This document shows, one piece after another, positions 56,601 through 64,000 of a DNA stretch of 64,000 nt (its first letter is position 1; the number at the start of each line of letters is the position of its first letter). The stretch covers positions 34,224,001 through 34,288,000 of the forward strand of contig OZ024748.1 of assembly GCA_964016885.1 (NCBI GenBank), read 5' to 3'. The position numbers and the translations under genes are program-made. Source of the stretch: Eledone cirrhosa. Its lineage: Eukaryota. The notes beneath the pieces were generated by a model, which saw only the letters and a list, made by a program, of their open reading frames with translations, did not search any database and had not been told where the DNA came from.

Positions 56601-59600
56601 ACACAACACCCCACCCCACACTCTTACACTCCCACATTGACACAACACCACACCACCACACACTTACACTCCCCACTTTGACACAACACCACACCCCCAC
56701 ACTCTTACACTCCCCACATTGACACAACACCACACCACCACACTCTTACACTCCCCACATTGACACAACACCACGCCACCACTCTCTCACACTCCCCACA
56801 TTGACACAACACCACACCACCACACTCTCACACTCCCACATTGATACAACACCACACCACCACACTCTTACACTCCCCACATTGACACAACACTACACCA
56901 CCACACTCTTACACTCCCCACATTGACACAACACCACACCACCACACTCTCACACTCCCACATTGACACAACACCACCACAATCTTACACTCCGCACATT
57001 GACACAACACCCCACCCCCACACTCTTACACTCCCACATTGACACAACACCACACCACCACACTCTCACACTCCCACATTGACACAACACCACACCACCA
57101 CACTCTTACACTCCCCACTTTGACACAACACCACACCCCCACACTCTTACACTCCTACATTGACACAACACCACACCACCACACTCTCACACTCCCACAT
57201 TGACACAACACCACACCACCACACTCTCACACTCCCACATTGACACAACACCACACCACCACACTCTCACACTCCCACATTGACACAACACCACACCACC
57301 ACACTCTCACACTCCCACATTGACACAACACCACACCACCACACTCTCACACTCCCACATTGACACAACACCACACCACCACACTCTTACACTCCCCACT
57401 TTGACACAACACCACACCACCTCACTCTCACACTCCCACATTGACACAACACCACACCCCCACACTCTTACACTCCCACATTGACACAACACCACACCAC
57501 CACACTCTCACACTCCCACATTGACACAACACCACACCACCACACTCTTACACTCCCCACATTGACACAACACCACACCCCCACACTCTTACACTCCCCA
57601 CATTGACACAACACCACGCCACCACACTCTCACACTCCCCACATTGACACAACACCACACCACCACACTCTTATACTCCCCACTTTGACACAACACCACA
57701 CCACCACACTCTCACACTACCACATTGACACAACACCACACCCCCACACTCTTACACTCCCACATTGACACAACACCACACCACCACACTCTCACACTCC
57801 CACATTGACACAACACCACACCACCACACTCTTACACTCCCCACATTGACACAACACCACACCCCCACACTCTTACACTCCCCACATTGACACAACACCA
57901 CGCCACCACACTCTCACACTCCCATATCGAAACAACACCACACCACCACACTCTTACACTCCCACATTGACACAACACCACACCACCACACTCTTACACT
58001 CCCCACATTGACACAACATCACACCACCACACTCTCACACTCCCCACATTGACACAACACCACACCACCACACTCTTACACTCCCACATTGACACAACAC
58101 CACACCACCACACTCTCACACTCCCACATTGACACAACACCACACGACCTCACTCTTACACTCCCACAAGAACACAACACCACACCACCACACTCTTACA
58201 CTCCCACATTGACACAACACCACACCATCACACTCTCACACTCCCACATTGACACAACACCACACCACCACACTCTTACACTCCCACATTGACACAACGC
58301 CACACCACCACACTCTTACACTCCCCACATTGACACAACACCACACCACCACACTCTCACACTCCCATATCGACACAACACCACACCACCACACTCTTAC
58401 ACTCCCACATTGACACAACACCACACCACCACACTCTCACACACCCACAAGGACACAACACCACACCACCACAACCTCACACTCCCACAAGAACACAACA
58501 CCACACCACCACACTCTAACACTCCCACAAGGACACAACACCACACCACCACACTCTCACACTCCCACATTAACACAACACCACACCACCACACTCTTAC
58601 ACTCCCACATTGACACAACACCACACCACCACACTCTCACACTCCCACATTGAAACAACGCCACACCACCACACTCTTACACTCCCACATTGACACAACA
58701 CTACACCACCACACTCTCACATTCCCACATTGACACAACACCACACCACCACACTCTTACACTCCCACATTGACACAACACCACACCACCACATCCTCAC
58801 ACTCCCACAAGGACACAACACCACACCACCACAACCTCACACTCCCACAAGAACACAACACCACACCACCACACTCTAACACTCCCACAAGGACACAACA
58901 CCACACCACCACACTCTCACACTCCCACATTGATACAACACCACACCACCACACTCTTACACTCCCCAAATTGACACGACACTACACCACCACACTCTTA
59001 CACTCCCCACATTGACACAACACCACACCACCACACTCTTACACTCCCACATTGATACAACACTACACCACCACACTCTTACACTCCCCACATTGACACA
59101 ACACCACCACAATCTTACACTCCGCACATTGACACAACACCCCACCCCACACTCTTACACTCCCACATTGACACAACACCACACCACCACACACTTACAC
59201 TCCCCACTTTGACACAACACCACACCCCCACACTCTTACACTCCCCACATTGACACAACACCACACCACCACACTCTCACACTCCCACATTGACACAACA
59301 CCACACCACCACACTCTCACACTCCCACATTGACACAACACCACACCACCACACTCTCACACTCCCACATTGACACAACACCACACCACCACACTCTTAC
59401 ACTCCCACATTGACACAACAGCACACCACCACACTCTTACACTCCCATAAGAAAACAACACCACACCACCACCCTCTCACACTCCCACATTGACACAACA
59501 CCACACCACCACACTCTTACACTCCCCACATTGACACAACACCACACCACCACACTCTCACACTCCCACATTGACACAACACCACACCACCACACTCTTA

Positions 59601-62600
59601 CACTCCCCACTTTGACACAACACCACACCACCACACTCTTACACTCCCCACTTTGACACAACACCACACCACCACACTCTCACACTCCCACATTGACACA
59701 ACACCACACCACCACACTCTTACACTCCCCACATTGACACAACACCACACCACCACACTCTTACGCTCCCCACTTTGACACAACACCACACCACCACACT
59801 CTTACACTCCCCACATTGACACAACACCACACCACCAGACTCTCACACTCTCACACTCCCACATTGACACAACACCACACCACCACACTCTCACACTCCC
59901 ACATTGACACAACACCACACCACCACACTCTCACACTCCCACATTGACACAACACCACACCACCACACTCTTACACTCCCCACTTTGACACAACACCACA
60001 CCACCACACTCTCACACTCCCACATTGACACAACACCACACCACCACACTCTTACACTCCCCACTTTGACACAACACCACACCACCACACTCTCACACTC
60101 CCACATTGACACAACACCACACCACCACAACCTCACACTCCCACAAGAACACAACACCACACCACCACACTCTAACACTCCCACAAGGACACAACACCAC
60201 ACCACCACACTCTTACACTCCCCACATTGACACAACACCACACCACCACACTCTTACACTCCCCACTTTGACACAACACCACACCACCACACTCTTACAC
60301 TCCCCACTTTGACACAACACAACACCACCACACTCTTACACTCCCCACATTGACACAACACCACACCCCCACACTCTTACACTCCCACATTGACACAACA
60401 CCACACTACCACACTCTCACACTCCCACATTGACACAACACCACACCACCACACTCTTACACTCCCCACATTGACACAACACCACACCCCCACACTCTTA
60501 CACTCCCCACATTGACACAACACCACACCACCACACTCTCACACACCCACATTGACACAACACCACACCACCACACTCTCACACTCCCATATCGACACAA
60601 CACCACACCACCACACTCTTACACTCCCACATTGACACAACACCACACCACCACACTCTTACACTCCCCACATTGACACAACATCACACCACCACACTCT
60701 CACACTCCCCACATTGACACAACACCACACCACCACACTCTTACACTCCCACATTGACACAACACCACACCACCACACTCTCACACTCCCACATTGACAC
60801 AACACCACACGACCACACTCTTACACTCCCACATTGAAATAACACCACACCAGGATATTCTCACACTCCCACATAGAAACAACACCACACCACCACATTC
60901 TTATACTCCCACAAGGACACAACACGACACCGCCACACTCTTACACTCCCACATTGACACAACACCACAGCACCACACTCTCACACCCACAAGAACAAAA
61001 CACCACACCACCACACTCTCACATTCCCACATTGACACAACACCACACCACCACACACTTACACTCCCACATTGACACAGCACCACACCACCACAGTCTC
61101 ACACTCCCACATTGACACAACACCACACCACCACACTCTTACACTCCCACATTGACACAACACCACACACATACACTCTCACATTGACGCCACACCACAC
61201 CACCACACTCTTACACTCCCACATTGACACAACACCACACCACCACACTCTTACACTCCCATAAGAAAACAACACCACACCACCACACACTTACACACCC
61301 ACATTGACACAACACCACACCGCCGCACTATTACACTCCCACATTGAAACAACAAAACCACACTCTTATACTCCCACAGTCACACAACAACACACCACCA
61401 CACTCTCACACTCCCACATTGACACAACACCACACCCCCACACTCTTACACTCCCCACATTGACACAACACCACACCACCACACTCTCACACTCCCACAT
61501 TGACACAACACCACACCACCACACTCTCACACTCCCACATTGACACAACACCACACCACCACACTCTCACACTCCCACATTGACACAACACCACACCACC
61601 ACACTCTTACACTCCCACATTGACACAACACCACACCACCACACTCTTACACTCCCATAAGAAAACAACACCACACCACCACCCTCTCACACTCCCACGT
61701 TGACACAACACCACACCACCACACTCTTACACTCCCCACATTGACACAACACCACACCACCACACTCTCACACTCCCACATTGACACAACACCACACCAC
61801 CACACTCTTACACTCCCCACTTTGACACAACACCACACCACCACACTCTTACACTCCCCACTTTGACACAACACCACACCACCACACTCTCACACTCCCA
61901 CATTGACACAACACCACACCACCACACTCTTACACTCCCCACATTGACACAACACCACACCACCACACTCTTACGCTCCCCACTTTGACACAACACCACA
62001 CCACCACACTCTTACACTCCCCACATTGACACAACACCACACCACCACACTCTCACACTCTCACACTCCCACATTGACACAACACCACACCACCACACTC
62101 TCACACTCCCACATTGACACAACACCACACCACCACACTCTCACACTCCCACATTGACACAACACCACACCACCACACTCTTACACTCCCCACTTTGACA
62201 CAACACCACACCACCACACTCTCACACTCCCACATTGACACAACACCACACCACCACACTCTTACACTCCCCACTTTGACACAACACCACACCACCACCC
62301 TCTCACACTCCCACATTGACACAACACCACACCACCACACTCTTACACTCCCCACATTGACACAACACCACACCACCACACTCTCAGAATCCCACATTGA
62401 CACAACACCACACCACCACACTCTTACACTCCCCACTTTGACACAACACCACACCACCACACTCTTACACTCCCCACTTTGACACAACACCACACCACCA
62501 CACTCTCACACTCCCACATTGACACAACACCACACCACCACACTCTTACACTCCCCACATTGACACAACACCACACCACCACACTCTTACGCTCCCCACT

Positions 62601-64000
62601 TTGACACAACACCACACCACCACACTCTTACACTCCCCACATTGACACAACACCACACCACCACACTCTCACACTCTCACACTCCCACATTGACACAACA
62701 CCACACCACCACACTCTCACACTCCCACATTGACACAACACCACACCACCACACTCTCACACTCCCACATTGACACAACACCACACCACCACACTCTTAC
62801 ACTCCCCACTTTGACACAACACCACACCACCACACTCTCACACTCCCACATTGACACAACACCACACCACCACACTCTTACACTCCCCACTTTGACACAA
62901 CACCACACCACCACACTCTCACACTCCCACATTGACACAACACCACACCACCACAACCTCACACTCCCACAAGAACACAACACCACACCACCACACTCTA
63001 ACACTCCCACAAGGACACAACACCACACCACCACACTCTTACACTCCCCACATTGACACAACACCACACCACCACACTCTTACACTCCCCACTTTGACAC
63101 AACACCACACCACCACACTCTTACACTCCCCACTTTGACACAACACAACACCACCACACTCTTACACTCCCCACATTGACACAACACCACACCCCCACAC
63201 TCTTACACTCCCACATTGACACAACACCACACTACCACACTCTCACACTCCCACATTGACACAACACCACACCACCACACTCTTACACTCCCCACATTGA
63301 CACAACACCACACCCCCACACTCTTACACTCCCCACATTGACACAACACCACACCACCACACTCTCACACTCCCACATTGACACAACACCACACCACCAC
63401 ACTCTCACACTCCCATATCGACACAACACCACACCACCACACTCTTACACTCCCACATTGACACAACACCACACCACCACACTCTTACACTCCCCACATT
63501 GACACAACATCACACCACCACACTCTCACACTCCCCACATTGACACAACACCACACCACCACACTCTTACACTCCCACATTGACACAACACCACACCACC
63601 ACACTCTCACACTCCCACATTGACACAACACCACACGACCACACTCTTACACTCCCACATTGAAATAACACCACACCAGGATATTCTCACACTCCCACAT
63701 AGAAACAACACCACACCACCACATTCTTATACTCCCACAAGGACACAACACGACACCACCACACTCTTACGCTCCCACATTGACACAACACCACAGCACC
63801 ACACTCTCACACCCACAAGAACAAAACACCACACCACCACACTCTCACATTCCCACATTGACACAACACCACACCACCACACACTTACACTCCCACATTG
63901 ACACAGCACCACACCACCACAGTCTCACACTCCCACATTGACGCAACACCACACCACCACACTCTTACACTCCCACATTGACACAACACCACACACATAC
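38681..64000. repeat. 40-bp tandem satellite array (>25 kb, runs off the window)
   Basis: Consensus ACATTGACACAACACCACACCACCACACTCTYACACTCCC, with 35/41/45-bp variants and higher-order duplications. Confidence 0.98.

Noticed and set aside
38792-63912. His/Thr-rich and Cys/Val/Trp-rich ORFs in the satellite
   Set aside because: They are translations of a 40-bp unit that is not a multiple of 3 and has a recurrent TGA. Indels do not preserve frame.
38681-64000. Telomere or CRISPR array
   Set aside because: No TTAGGG repeats. A C-rich plus strand would put a chromosome end to the left, where ordinary sequence continues. There are no unique spacers, no cas genes, and the context is eukaryotic.

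Overview
Eukaryotic, AT-rich, microsatellite-dense DNA. The SINE types and the repeat landscape suggest an invertebrate, probably an octopus or other cephalopod (inference). No intact host gene is recognisable, and most ORFs in the track are translations of microsatellites or satellite DNA. Bases 1-38.6 kb are a dense cluster of retroelements inserted in (TA)n and (ATGT)n tracts. They include several Penelope-like element (PLE) families (RT with YRDD plus C-terminal GIY-YIG endonuclease), often as fold-back insertions, the largest a ~5.5 kb palindrome. Also present are R4/Dong-like and Hero-like RLE non-LTR elements, RTE-derived non-autonomous elements, tRNA-SINE fragments, a deleted mariner and a solo LTR. 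By hand folding I find about 23 type I hammerhead ribozyme (HHR) motifs from about 10 sequence families. Two of these families form non-coding retrozyme-like repeats (~420 nt and 591 nt units, candidate circular RNAs). Two families have a compensatory U3-A8 core (UUGAUAA) and one has CAGAAGA. Bases 38.7-64 kb are a strand-asymmetric 40-bp C/A-rich satellite with nested higher-order repeats. All structures were read by eye; no folding program, alignment or database search was run.
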